From positions 256,299 to 320,298 of the forward strand of contig DATKIP010000076.1 in assembly GCA_035544015.1 (NCBI GenBank): 64,000 nt of DNA, read 5' to 3'. The stretch comes from Candidatus Saccharimonadia bacterium. Its GTDB lineage: Bacteria > Patescibacteriota > Saccharimonadia > UBA4664. This document shows, in pieces, positions 39,301 through 47,019 of the stretch. Below the pieces are notes generated by a model. The model saw only the letters and a list, made by a program, of their open reading frames with translations. It ran no database searches and was not told the origin of the DNA. The number at the start of each line of letters is the position of its first letter. Positions within the stretch are counted from its first letter, which is position 1. Both the position numbers and the translations under genes were made by a program.

Positions 39301-40246
39301 CGCCGGTACCCGTGGCCGCGCCCGGGTACGGCGCAATACCCGTCGGGAAGTTGTGGGTTTCGGCCGTGAGCGTGGGATGATACGTGCGGTCGTCGATCAC
39401 AAATCGACTCGCCTCACCCGGCCGGCCTGGCGCCATCACATGCACCCGCCGACCCTCGATAGCCGAACTATCGTCGTGAAATGCGATCACCGAATTATTC
39501 GGGTTGGCCCGCCACGGCGCCTTCACGATCTTCATGAGGCTCGTATCGAGCGGCCGGCCGTCAAGCACCAAGCTACCCCGAAAAAACCCGTGCCGCGCGT
39601 GCTCATTATTGGCTTGGCCAAGGGAAAATATCTCAACATCCGTCGGGTCACGCTGCAACCGATTTACGAATAATTCCGCGTAACTGGCCATATCCTGCTC
39701 ATCCATAGCCAGCCCAAATTCCTGGTTGGCCCGGCGCAGCGCCTCGATACCGTCGCGCAGTACCGGCACGGTGCGCACCGGCTCCGGCGCCCCGCTCACC
39801 GCCAGCGTGGCCGGCGCCTCATGGTACGGCTGCTGGGTCATGCGGTCGGCCAGCGCCGCCTCGAGCTGGCCGCGCTCATCCGGCCCCAGCCGCTTCGAAA
39901 ATCCCAGCCGCCGTGCCCGCTCAATCCGGATCACGCTGTCAAGCCCCACCGCTCGGCAAATCTGGCGCGCGGTACTCGCCCACGGCGTCTCAAAGTTCAG
40001 TCGCGGTCCGATCTCGATCACGCTCGGATGCTCGGTCAAAAAAGACGCCTCGCGCGTCCCCCAAGGGTCAAATGTCTCGCCGAGCAGCCACTGGAGCTGC
40101 CCAATTTCGCCTTCGCTGAGCTGCCGCGCCGTCTCCACGTAATACACCCACTCGGCCTGTACTGACCGCGGCGCCGCGATTCCAGCCGCTTCCAGTTGGC
40201 TCAATTCACGCGCCCGCAGTTTGTCTCGGCGATGAAACTTGTACAC
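36359..40246 (-). CDS. purL: Phosphoribosylformylglycinamidine synthase, single-chain large form
   Basis: 1295 aa, collinear with E. coli-type PurL including the C-terminal glutaminase domain (GVCNGAQLMALLG, MMPHPER). Confidence 0.9.
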   Translation of the reverse strand: MYKFHRRDKLRARELSQLEAAGIAAPRSVQAEWVYYVETARQLSEGEIGQLQWLLGETFDPWGTREASFLTEHPSVIEIGPRLNFETPWASTARQICRAVGLDSVIRIERARRLGFSKRLGPDERGQLEAALADRMTQQPYHEAPATLAVSGAPEPVRTVPVLRDGIEALRRANQEFGLAMDEQDMASYAELFVNRLQRDPTDVEIFSLGQANNEHARHGFFRGSLVLDGRPLDTSLMKIVKAPWRANPNNSVIAFHDDSSAIEGRRVHVMAPGRPGEASRFVIDDRTYHPTLTAETHNFPTGIAPYPGAATGTGGRIRDNQAVGRGGLVVASGVGYSVGNLHIPGYELPWEKDGVAHPENLASPLDILIEASNGASDYGNCFGEPVLLGHVRTFGQTTPGGYRAWFKPVMYSEGVGMLDANHAEKGLPEPRMLIVQVGGPAYRIGMGGGAASSLMSGDNSAALDFNAVQRGDPEMEQRLGRVIRTCVELGASNPIVSAHDLGAGGDSNALPEIANPVGGRIELRAIPVGDATLSVLEIWGNESQERDALLLRPEDLARFEAICAREKAPVAVVGEITGDGQLVVHDATDDTTPVNLPLEAVLGDSVAKTVELTTQPPVLRPLKLPADLTVRQALERVLRLVSVGSKSWLTRKVDRSVTGLVAQQQGVGPLETPLADYGVVAHSLFGNSGTVVSQGERPLIGLVSPGAQGRMTVGEAITNLMGARISDLGDVRASANWMWPAKLEGEGARLYEAAVAMSDTMTALGMAVDGGKDSLSMAAQTPGGMVKAPGQLVVAPYAVMPDVRQKITPDFKGAGNVLILVDLSGGHTRLGGSALAQAYGQIGDEAPDLDDPAVLGQAFVSVQGLIRRGRVRALHDRSDGGLVVTAIEMALAGNLGLELELPGAEEPLAALFCEELGVLLEVAPAAAEAVRAELDSDGVAHTTVGRVGEAGAPVRVSAGGHALVDVPLHELRGLWEATSSRLDALQANPKLVADEAAVMAAPRVNPRWHLTFKPVSPSAATVIGPGLAAPKVAVLREAGTNGDREMAAAFVAAGFEAWDVTMSDLLTGSVGLEQFRGVAFPGGFSFGDVLDAGKGSAGVIRFNPVLADQFASFYARTDTFSLGVCNGAQLMALLGWAPFAQLPDDEKPRFVQNASGRFESRLATVEIGPSPAIMLAGMEGSRLGVWVAHGEGRLHVPTPEVLRDIRAGNLAPLRFVEPDGGPTTAYPFNPNGSPEGITALCSPDGRHLAMMPHPERMANALWQWPWLPTEWQGFEASPWLRMFQNARAWCERED

Positions 40247-40358
40247 CCATACTCCCCATCATTTAGCCGTATCTTGGTTTATCCGCCGGGCTTCGTCAAT
40301 CCTTACTTTGATCTGGTGTCGATAACCGCTAAACTTATGAAGTAATGTTGCGGAACAA

Positions 40359-40925
40359 ATGACCAAACTCGCCGTGATGGTGTCGGGCGTGGGCTCGATA
40401 CTCGAGGCTATACTCGAATCCGGCCTCCAGGTATCGTTGGTAGTGGCCGACCGCCAGTGTCGCGGGCTCAAATTGGCGGCCGATGCCGGGATTCCGGTCG
40501 AGCTCGTCGAACGTAGCAACTACGGCCATAGCTTCGACCGCCTGGCCTATTCACACCGCCTCGCCGGCGTGCTCAAAGCCCACCACATCGATCTTGTCGC
40601 CATGGCCGGCTTCATGACCGTCCTCGATAAGCCGATTTTTGACCATTACGAAGGCAAAATCCTCAACACCCACCCCTCGCTTCTGCCGGCCTTTGCAGGC
40701 GAACGAGCGGTGCAAAATGCCCTCGATTACGGCGTCAAATTGACCGGCTGCACCATCCACATCGCCACCATCAAGCTCGATGACGGCCCCATTTTGGCCC
40801 AGGAAGCCGTGCCGGTATTGGCCGGCGACACGGCCGAATCGCTCCAGGAGCGCATCAAGCAAGTGGAGCGCCGGCTGTATCCCGAAACTATCCGCCACCT
40901 AATCACGAAAGCGAGCCCCGTATGA
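40359..40925 (+). CDS. purN: Phosphoribosylglycinamide formyltransferase
   Basis: 188 aa: LAVMVSGVGSILEAIL, N-10-formyl-THF binding block NTHPSLLPAFAG, HxxD. Confidence 0.85.
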   Translation: MTKLAVMVSGVGSILEAILESGLQVSLVVADRQCRGLKLAADAGIPVELVERSNYGHSFDRLAYSHRLAGVLKAHHIDLVAMAGFMTVLDKPIFDHYEGKILNTHPSLLPAFAGERAVQNALDYGVKLTGCTIHIATIKLDDGPILAQEAVPVLAGDTAESLQERIKQVERRLYPETIRHLITKASPV

Positions 40926-42025
40926 GTAAACCCGGCCTCAAATACGCCGACACCGGCGTTGATTATAGCGCCCTCGACCCCTTTAAGCGCCTCGCCCAGA
41001 CGGCGGCCGCCCAGACCGCCGGCAATGCCCAGCGCCTCGGTTTCACCGAGCTATCATCGAGTCGCGGCGAGAGCGCCTACCTCATTGAGGCCGCCGACCA
41101 CTTCATCGCTCATGTCGAGGAGGGTCTCGGCACCAAAAACCTCGTGGCCGACGCCGTGCATGAGCTCACCGGCCGCCAGTATTATGACGCCATCGCCCAA
41201 GACACCGTCGCCATGATCGTCAATGACATGATCACGCTCGGCGCGCTGCCGGTCTCGGTGGCCATGCACGCCGGCGTCGGCGACACACGCTGGTTTGCCG
41301 ACGAGGCCCGCGCCGCCAGCCTCGTGGCCGGCTGGAAGCACGCCTGCGACCTGGCGCGCGCCGTGTGGGGCGGCGGCGAGTCGCCCGGGCTCACCGGCGT
41401 GGTGGAGCCCCACGCCGTGGTGCTGGCCGGATCGGCCGTGGGCGTCATCAAGCCCAAAGACCGCCTCATCACCGGCAACATCGCCGCCGGCGATGCCATC
41501 GTGATGTTTGCCAGCACCGGCATCCACGCCAACGGCCTGTCGCTGGCCCGCAAAATCGCCCAGTCCACCGGCTACGACGCCACCTTGAGCGACGGCCGCA
41601 CCTACGGCGAGGCGCTCCTCGATCCCACGCATATCTATGTCCCCGTTATCGAGGACGTGCAGGAGGCGGGCATCAAACTCCATTACGCCGTCAACATTAC
41701 CGGCCACGGCTGGCGCAAGCTCATGCGCGCCGTCGAGCCGTTTGTGTACGAAATCGACACCATCCCCGAGCCGCAGCCGGTCTTCACCTTCATGCAGGAG
41801 CACGGCCCGGTCGACGACGCCGAAGCCTACGGCAACTTCAATATGGGCGCCGGTTTCGCCGTGTACGCTCGCCCCGAAGACGTCGCTCGCATCATCGAAG
41901 TCGCCGCCAGCCATAGCATCAAGGCGTGGCTAGCGGGAACTATCCGCAAAGACGCAGATCAGAAAAAGGTCGTCATCAAGCCAAAAAACCTAACGTACGA
42001 AGGAGACTCACTCGGTGTCCGCTAA
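40922..42025 (+). CDS. purM: Phosphoribosylformylglycinamidine cyclo-ligase (AIR synthase)
   Basis: 367 aa. YADTGVDYSALD N-terminus, AIRS and AIRS_C domain blocks. 4-nt overlap with purN. Confidence 0.9.
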   Translation: MSKPGLKYADTGVDYSALDPFKRLAQTAAAQTAGNAQRLGFTELSSSRGESAYLIEAADHFIAHVEEGLGTKNLVADAVHELTGRQYYDAIAQDTVAMIVNDMITLGALPVSVAMHAGVGDTRWFADEARAASLVAGWKHACDLARAVWGGGESPGLTGVVEPHAVVLAGSAVGVIKPKDRLITGNIAAGDAIVMFASTGIHANGLSLARKIAQSTGYDATLSDGRTYGEALLDPTHIYVPVIEDVQEAGIKLHYAVNITGHGWRKLMRAVEPFVYEIDTIPEPQPVFTFMQEHGPVDDAEAYGNFNMGAGFAVYARPEDVARIIEVAASHSIKAWLAGTIRKDADQKKVVIKPKNLTYEGDSLGVR

Positions 42026-43454
42026 CCGCCCCCTCATCCCCAATGTCCTAGCCGACCGCTACGCGTCCGTTCCCATGCTCGAATTATGGACCGACGAAGC
42101 CCGCGTGGTGCGCGAACGCCGGTTTTGGCTGAGCGTGCTGCGTTCACAAATCAAGCACGGCCACGATGCGCCTGCCGGAGCCGTGGCCGACTATGAGAAG
42201 GTGATCGACCAGGTCGACCTCGCCTCCATTCGCCGCCGCGAGCTGCGGCTCCACCACGACGTAATGGCGCGTATCGAGGAATTCAACGCTCTCGCCGGCC
42301 ACGAGCTCGTCCACGTGGGCCTCACCTCGCGCGACGTCACCGAAAACACCGAGCAGGCGGCTATTCGCGACTCACTCACCCTGATGCATGGCCGGCTAGT
42401 GGGCACCCTGGCCCGCCTCGACCGCCTCGCCCGCGAGTATCGCGACCTGCCCGTGGCCGGCCGCAGCCACAACGTGCCGGCGCAGGTCACCACGCTCGGC
42501 AAACGTTTCGCCACCGCCGGCGAGGAGTTACTCCTGGGCATTGAGGCGCTCGAGGATTTGCAGGCGCGGTACCCGCTGCGCGGCATTAAGGGCCCCATGG
42601 GCACGGCCGCCGACCAGCTGCAGGTGCTCGGCGGCGACCCGGCCGCCGTCGGCGCCCTCGAGGCCGACATCGCCGCCGAGCTCGGTTTCGAGCATGTCTT
42701 CGGCAGCGTCGGCCAAGTGTACCCGCGCTCGCTCGATCTGGCCGCGGTCGACGCACTCATCCGCGCGCTAGCGCCGCTCTCAAGCCTCGCCACCACCATC
42801 CGCCTCATGGCCGGCAACGGCCAAGCCACCGAAGGCTTTGCCAAGGGCCAGGCCGGTTCCAGCGCCATGCCGCACAAAATGAACGCCCGCTCCTGCGAGC
42901 GCGTCCACGGCCTCTACGCTGTGCTCGGCGGCAGTCACGCGCAGCTAGCGGCCATCACCGGCGACCAATGGTACGAAGGCGACGTCACCTGCTCGGTGGT
43001 GCGCCGGGTCGCTCTGCCCAATGCCTTCTTCGCAGCCGACGGCCTGGTGCAGACCATGCTCGCCGTACTCGATTCGTTTGGCGCCTACCCGGCCGTCATC
43101 ACGGCCGAGCTCACTACCTACCTACCGTTCCTAGCCAGCTCCAAAATCCTCATGGCCGCAGTCGCGGGGGGTGTCGGCCGCGAAACCGCCCACGCCGCCA
43201 TCAAGGAGCACGCCACGGCCGTGGCCAAGGCCATGCGCGAATCCGGCGCCACCACCAACAACCTCGTCGACCGCCTCGCCGCCGACGACCGCCTCGGCCT
43301 CACCGCCGCCGAGCTCACCAGCCTCATCCACGCCGAGCCGCTCAGCTTCGCCGGCCTGGCCCGCGAGCAAGTCGACACCTTCCACGCCCGCGCCGCCACC
43401 GTCCTCGAAGCCCACCCCGAAGCCGCCAAATATGTACCGGAAGCAGTACTTTAG
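42015..43454 (+). CDS. purB: Adenylosuccinate lyase
   Basis: 479 aa, fumarate-lyase family with the signature region GSSAMPHKMN. Overlaps the purM stop. Confidence 0.9.
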   Translation: MSANRPLIPNVLADRYASVPMLELWTDEARVVRERRFWLSVLRSQIKHGHDAPAGAVADYEKVIDQVDLASIRRRELRLHHDVMARIEEFNALAGHELVHVGLTSRDVTENTEQAAIRDSLTLMHGRLVGTLARLDRLAREYRDLPVAGRSHNVPAQVTTLGKRFATAGEELLLGIEALEDLQARYPLRGIKGPMGTAADQLQVLGGDPAAVGALEADIAAELGFEHVFGSVGQVYPRSLDLAAVDALIRALAPLSSLATTIRLMAGNGQATEGFAKGQAGSSAMPHKMNARSCERVHGLYAVLGGSHAQLAAITGDQWYEGDVTCSVVRRVALPNAFFAADGLVQTMLAVLDSFGAYPAVITAELTTYLPFLASSKILMAAVAGGVGRETAHAAIKEHATAVAKAMRESGATTNNLVDRLAADDRLGLTAAELTSLIHAEPLSFAGLAREQVDTFHARAATVLEAHPEAAKYVPEAVL

Positions 43455-43521
43455 CGAACCATCACGCTAGGGTATAGCGGGGTTGTCCTGTTTTGTAATA
43501 CCTCTAGTGCTGCAACAGTAG

Positions 43522-44160
43522 TTACTCTATAAAACCAGCAGCCTTTGCCTCTGCTTCCAGCCGTAGCGTCTGTGCAGTGATAGTCTCATACAACCTAGCG
43601 TCAACTGTCTTCGCAAAAGGCAAATAGAAATTCTTCGTTTCATCGAGGTAGATCGTGACCAGCTCTTTACCAAATGTCATTGCCCAGTGGAGATTATCAA
43701 TCCTATCTAAAAGCTTAATAATTTTTGCTTCGTGTGGTGCAGATTGAAGGTTTTTAAAATACGCTCCATTGACTCTCTGGCGCTTCTGAGTTTCGGAAAA
43801 TTGCCCTGCTACGCTTGGCTTAGAAAGCGACATAACAATTTCGCAGATGTGGCTTCCAAAAATACTTCTTAGTTCGGCTTTGGTAAAACTGGCGTCATCT
43901 TCGATGCAATCATGCAGCAAAGCACTGGCAACAAACTCTTCTGTCACCTCGTTTGCTAGAAAATTAATAGTTAAGGTGGTGACGGGGTAAATATGCTCAG
44001 TAAGGTAGGGTTGTCCATCTTCTCGGAGTTGACCGGTGTGCGATTTAATTGCTTGTTCGAGGGCACGCTCAATAAGCGCGGTGAGACCAACTGCGGACCG
44101 ATCGATACGGTTTCTGAGCTCGGCTTCTGTAACACTCTCAGGGATTTGCATTATCTGCAT
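43522..44160 (-). CDS. HD-domain small alarmone hydrolase, (p)ppGpp pyrophosphohydrolase-like (RelA/SpoT HD domain only)
   Basis: ORF trimmed to MQIMQIPESV. Blocks HTGQLREDGQPYLTEHIYPV, ALLHDCIEDD, IIKLLDRIDNLHW match the SpoT/Mesh1 hydrolase domain. Lies in a low-GC island. Confidence 0.6.
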   Translation of the reverse strand: MQIMQIPESVTEAELRNRIDRSAVGLTALIERALEQAIKSHTGQLREDGQPYLTEHIYPVTTLTINFLANEVTEEFVASALLHDCIEDDASFTKAELRSIFGSHICEIVMSLSKPSVAGQFSETQKRQRVNGAYFKNLQSAPHEAKIIKLLDRIDNLHWAMTFGKELVTIYLDETKNFYLPFAKTVDARLYETITAQTLRLEAEAKAAGFIE

Positions 44161-44194
44161 AATAACAGGTTCGAAAGTGATTCCTTGGTTGGGC

Positions 44195-44229
44195 AAAAAA
44201 TGACAAAAATTGTCAAAAATTCCCCATGC
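44195..44229. repeat. Copy 2 of the conserved AT-rich palindromic element (AAAAAATGACAAAAATTGTCAAAAATTCCCCATGC)
   Basis: About 35 nt upstream of the HD-domain gene start and about 12 nt downstream of the PRTase-domain stop. Approximate coordinates. Confidence 0.6.
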
Positions 44230-44240
44230 GACACGCCGGA

Positions 44241-44642
44241 CTATACATTCTCCCAAAAAAAGTGAGGCGGATTTCCGTCGCACGTCTCACCCACGAAGTC
44301 CGGCAGAAGACCACCATTCGAAGCAATTAAGACGCAACTTTTTGCCATACCTCCGCGCTCCCGAACCAGAGCAACCGCCTTGCGCGTGAGCAGCCCGCGC
44401 TTACTCGCGTCATCCACTACTAGTACCCGACGTCCCGTGCAATCGCCCAACGTTGCCAACTCATCGAGATGATAGTCGCCAGTATCGTCCTTGTAGACGG
44501 GCAGACCAATCACGTTCCGGCTACGTATGCCCAGCCGCTTAGCAAGGACGGCCGCCGTCGGAAACCCACCCGTGCTGAGTCCAATGATCGTATCAGGCGC
44601 AAACCCCTCGGCCTCAATTTTGGCAACGACGAGCTCAATAAA
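44241..44642 (-). pseudogene. Gpt-like (xanthine-guanine) phosphoribosyltransferase domain with no start codon of its own, in frame with the upstream hydrolase across a single TAG
   Basis: 133 codons: FIELVVAKIEAEGFAPDTIIGLSTGGFPTAAVLAKRLGIRSRNVIGLPVY...RVLVVDDASKRG..., collinear with E. coli Gpt residues ~13-150. No ATG/GTG/TTG between the TAG (44643-44645) and the conserved core. Same reading frame as 44643..45575. Confidence 0.5.
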
Positions 44643-45575
44643 CTATTTCCCCTTGAGCCAATCTATAATGTCTTGGATTGCTGCCCTGCCCATTTTAGTT
44701 GGGCTTGATGTAAAGCCATGGGCAGCTTCGGGGTAAACTCGTAAATCCACTTCATTGCCGGCCGCTGAAAGCCTAGCAGCCATAGCAAAGCTATCTTCCA
44801 TCAAGATATCTGCCGTACCCACTATTATCAACGCCGGCGGTAAGCCTTTTAAATCGCCATAAAGTGGTGATATATCAGATTGTGTTTTGTCGACAATCTT
44901 TCCAGCATATGCCTGAATAAAATACTCGTCAGCATATAGCCTCCCACCTGGTGTTTGACCGCTCAAATCATATGCACCAAATTGTAAAACTGCACCAACA
45001 AATCGGGCTAAAAGCTTGTCATCACGCAGCCGAAGCAAAGTAGTCATCGCCAATGTTGCGCCTGCTGAAGAACCGCCGATTATAAGGCGTGCTGTTCCAA
45101 ACAATTGCTCAGCTTGCTCAGTCAACCAATGGGCCACAGTAGCACAGTCATCGGGAGCAGCAGGCCAAGGGTCTTCGGGTGCTAGTCGGTACTCAACGCT
45201 TATTACCGCCACTTCTAAAGCATCTGCAAGATAAGCATTTTGTACATCGTTTCTCGCAGCCTCGTTGAGGTAAAAGCCCCCGCCGGGAATATTGAGGTAT
45301 ACACCTTGCGCCTTACCTTTCTTCGGCTGAATTATCCGTACAGGAACTTCTCTGCCATATGCTTCAACAATTGCTTCAGTAATGTTACGGTCTGTTAGCG
45401 TGTCGGATGGTTTACGGGCATCTCGAGCCTCCTGTAGCCCATCAGGAGTAGTCAAATCAGGCTGCTTTTTATTGGGCTTAGCGGCTTTCCTAGCTTCGTA
45501 GAACTGCTTGCTCTCATCTGCAAGAGATTTCATTTCAGGGTCAATAAGCTGGTTTAGTCCGATTTGCATACTCAC
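44643..45575 (-). CDS. Alpha/beta-hydrolase fold-3 esterase/lipase (HSL/Aes-like)
   Basis: 310 aa. HGGG-type oxyanion motif (NIPGGGF), nucleophile elbow GGSSAG, C-terminal His region. Low GC relative to its surroundings. Confidence 0.7.
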   Translation of the reverse strand: MSMQIGLNQLIDPEMKSLADESKQFYEARKAAKPNKKQPDLTTPDGLQEARDARKPSDTLTDRNITEAIVEAYGREVPVRIIQPKKGKAQGVYLNIPGGGFYLNEAARNDVQNAYLADALEVAVISVEYRLAPEDPWPAAPDDCATVAHWLTEQAEQLFGTARLIIGGSSAGATLAMTTLLRLRDDKLLARFVGAVLQFGAYDLSGQTPGGRLYADEYFIQAYAGKIVDKTQSDISPLYGDLKGLPPALIIVGTADILMEDSFAMAARLSAAGNEVDLRVYPEAAHGFTSSPTKMGRAAIQDIIDWLKGK

Positions 45576-45693
45576 TTATTATACTGTGGTTTGGCTTCTG
45601 ATTGATTAACCATCCCTGCCCGATTGCCCAGGTACCGCTTGTGTCGCCGTTGGGTTAAAATAATCTAGAAAGCTAGTGAAGGAGCCACAAACC

Positions 45694-46176
45694 ATGACCC
45701 TCGTACACATCGTTCTCGGCAGCGCCAGCGACCTCGAAGCCGTCAAGGCCGCCGGCATGACCCAAACCCTAGACACCATCGGCATCTCCAGCGCCGTATC
45801 CGTTTGCAGCGCCCACCGTAACCTCGAAGAGCTCGGTACCTTTGCCACCGAAGCCGTCCAAAACGGCGCCCAAGTCTTCATCGGGGTCGCCGGCATGGCC
45901 ACGGCGCTTCCAGGTGCGCTCGCCGGCCTCACCACCATGGCCAAGCCCATCATTGGCGTGCCCCTCGACGAGCACGGCATCGACTCGTGTATCTACATGC
46001 CGCCGGGTGTGCCCGTGCTCACCGCCGGCGTGGGCAAATCCGGGCTCAAAAACGCCGCCATCGCCACGGCCCAAATTCTCGCCGTAAACGACCCCGCCAT
46101 CACCGAAGGCCTAGCCACATTCCTCGCCGCCTCCAAAAAGCAGCCGCAATTCGACATTAAAGAAGGGAGCAAATAA
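45694..46176 (+). CDS. purE: N5-carboxyaminoimidazole ribonucleotide mutase / AIR carboxylase catalytic subunit
   Basis: ORF trimmed to MTLVHIVLGSASDL (AAGGAG SD 9 nt upstream). PurE blocks GSASDL, AHR, GVAGMA. Confidence 0.85.
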   Translation: MTLVHIVLGSASDLEAVKAAGMTQTLDTIGISSAVSVCSAHRNLEELGTFATEAVQNGAQVFIGVAGMATALPGALAGLTTMAKPIIGVPLDEHGIDSCIYMPPGVPVLTAGVGKSGLKNAAIATAQILAVNDPAITEGLATFLAASKKQPQFDIKEGSK

Positions 46177-47018
46177 TGGCAGACGCGCAAGTCAAACTGG
46201 CCGAAGGCAAAACCAAAGTCATCTGGGACGCCGGCGACGGCAAAGTCACGATTGAATCCAAAGACGACATCACCGCCGGAGACGGCGCCAAGCACGATAT
46301 GCTCGAAGGCAAAGCCATCACCGCCAACCAGACCACTTCAAACGTTTTTGCCCTTCTCAAAGCCAAAGGTCTGGCCACCCATTTCATTGAACGCACCGCC
46401 GACCGCGCCTTCAAAGCCCGCTCAGCTAAGATGATCCCGCTCGAGCTCGTCGCCCGCCGCATCGCCACCGGTTCGTATCTCAAGCGCCGGCCGGACGTAA
46501 AGGAAGGCACCATTTTCGGCGATCTCGTGGTGGAATTCTTTGAAAAAGACGACCCCAACCACGATCCTCTGGTGATTTTCGACTTCGTCACCGGGCGCTT
46601 GTTGCGTTATACCGCCAGCAAGCCCCTGGGCGAAGGCTTTATGAACGAACAGCCCCTGGCCGAAACCATATTTAAAGACCTCGACGCCCCCCAAATCCTT
46701 ACCCTGGTGGAGCTCACCAAGCAGGCTTTTGAAGTTCTCGAAGCCGCCTGGGCCGAGCAGGAGGTAACCCTCGTGGACCTCAAAATAGAGGCCGGCCGCG
46801 ACGCCGAAACCGACGAATTATTCATCGCCGACGTGGTCGATAACGACTCCTGGCGCATCTGGCCCGGCGGCGACAAGTCCCAAATGAAAGACAAGCAAGT
46901 TTACCGCAACCTCGCCGGCGTGGACGATCCCGCCGCCAAGGCCAAAGAGCTCGGTAAAATCAAACAAAATTACACCTGGGTGGCCGAAGCCACTGAAAAA
47001 TTCAGCCAGGGCGAATAA
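46176..47018 (+). CDS. purC: Phosphoribosylaminoimidazole-succinocarboxamide synthase (long form)
   Basis: 280 aa. SAICAR synthetase blocks (EGKTKVIW, IPLELVARR, VDLKIE). TAATG overlap with purE. Confidence 0.85.
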   Translation: MADAQVKLAEGKTKVIWDAGDGKVTIESKDDITAGDGAKHDMLEGKAITANQTTSNVFALLKAKGLATHFIERTADRAFKARSAKMIPLELVARRIATGSYLKRRPDVKEGTIFGDLVVEFFEKDDPNHDPLVIFDFVTGRLLRYTASKPLGEGFMNEQPLAETIFKDLDAPQILTLVELTKQAFEVLEAAWAEQEVTLVDLKIEAGRDAETDELFIADVVDNDSWRIWPGGDKSQMKDKQVYRNLAGVDDPAAKAKELGKIKQNYTWVAEATEKFSQGE

Positions 47019-47019
47019 T

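Noticed and set aside
44225-44329. 34-codon ORF starting at the ATG inside the conserved palindromic element copy 2
   Set aside because: The ATG belongs to the conserved TCCCCATGC flank, which in copy 1 is followed by a stop after 9 codons. Coding is not supported.
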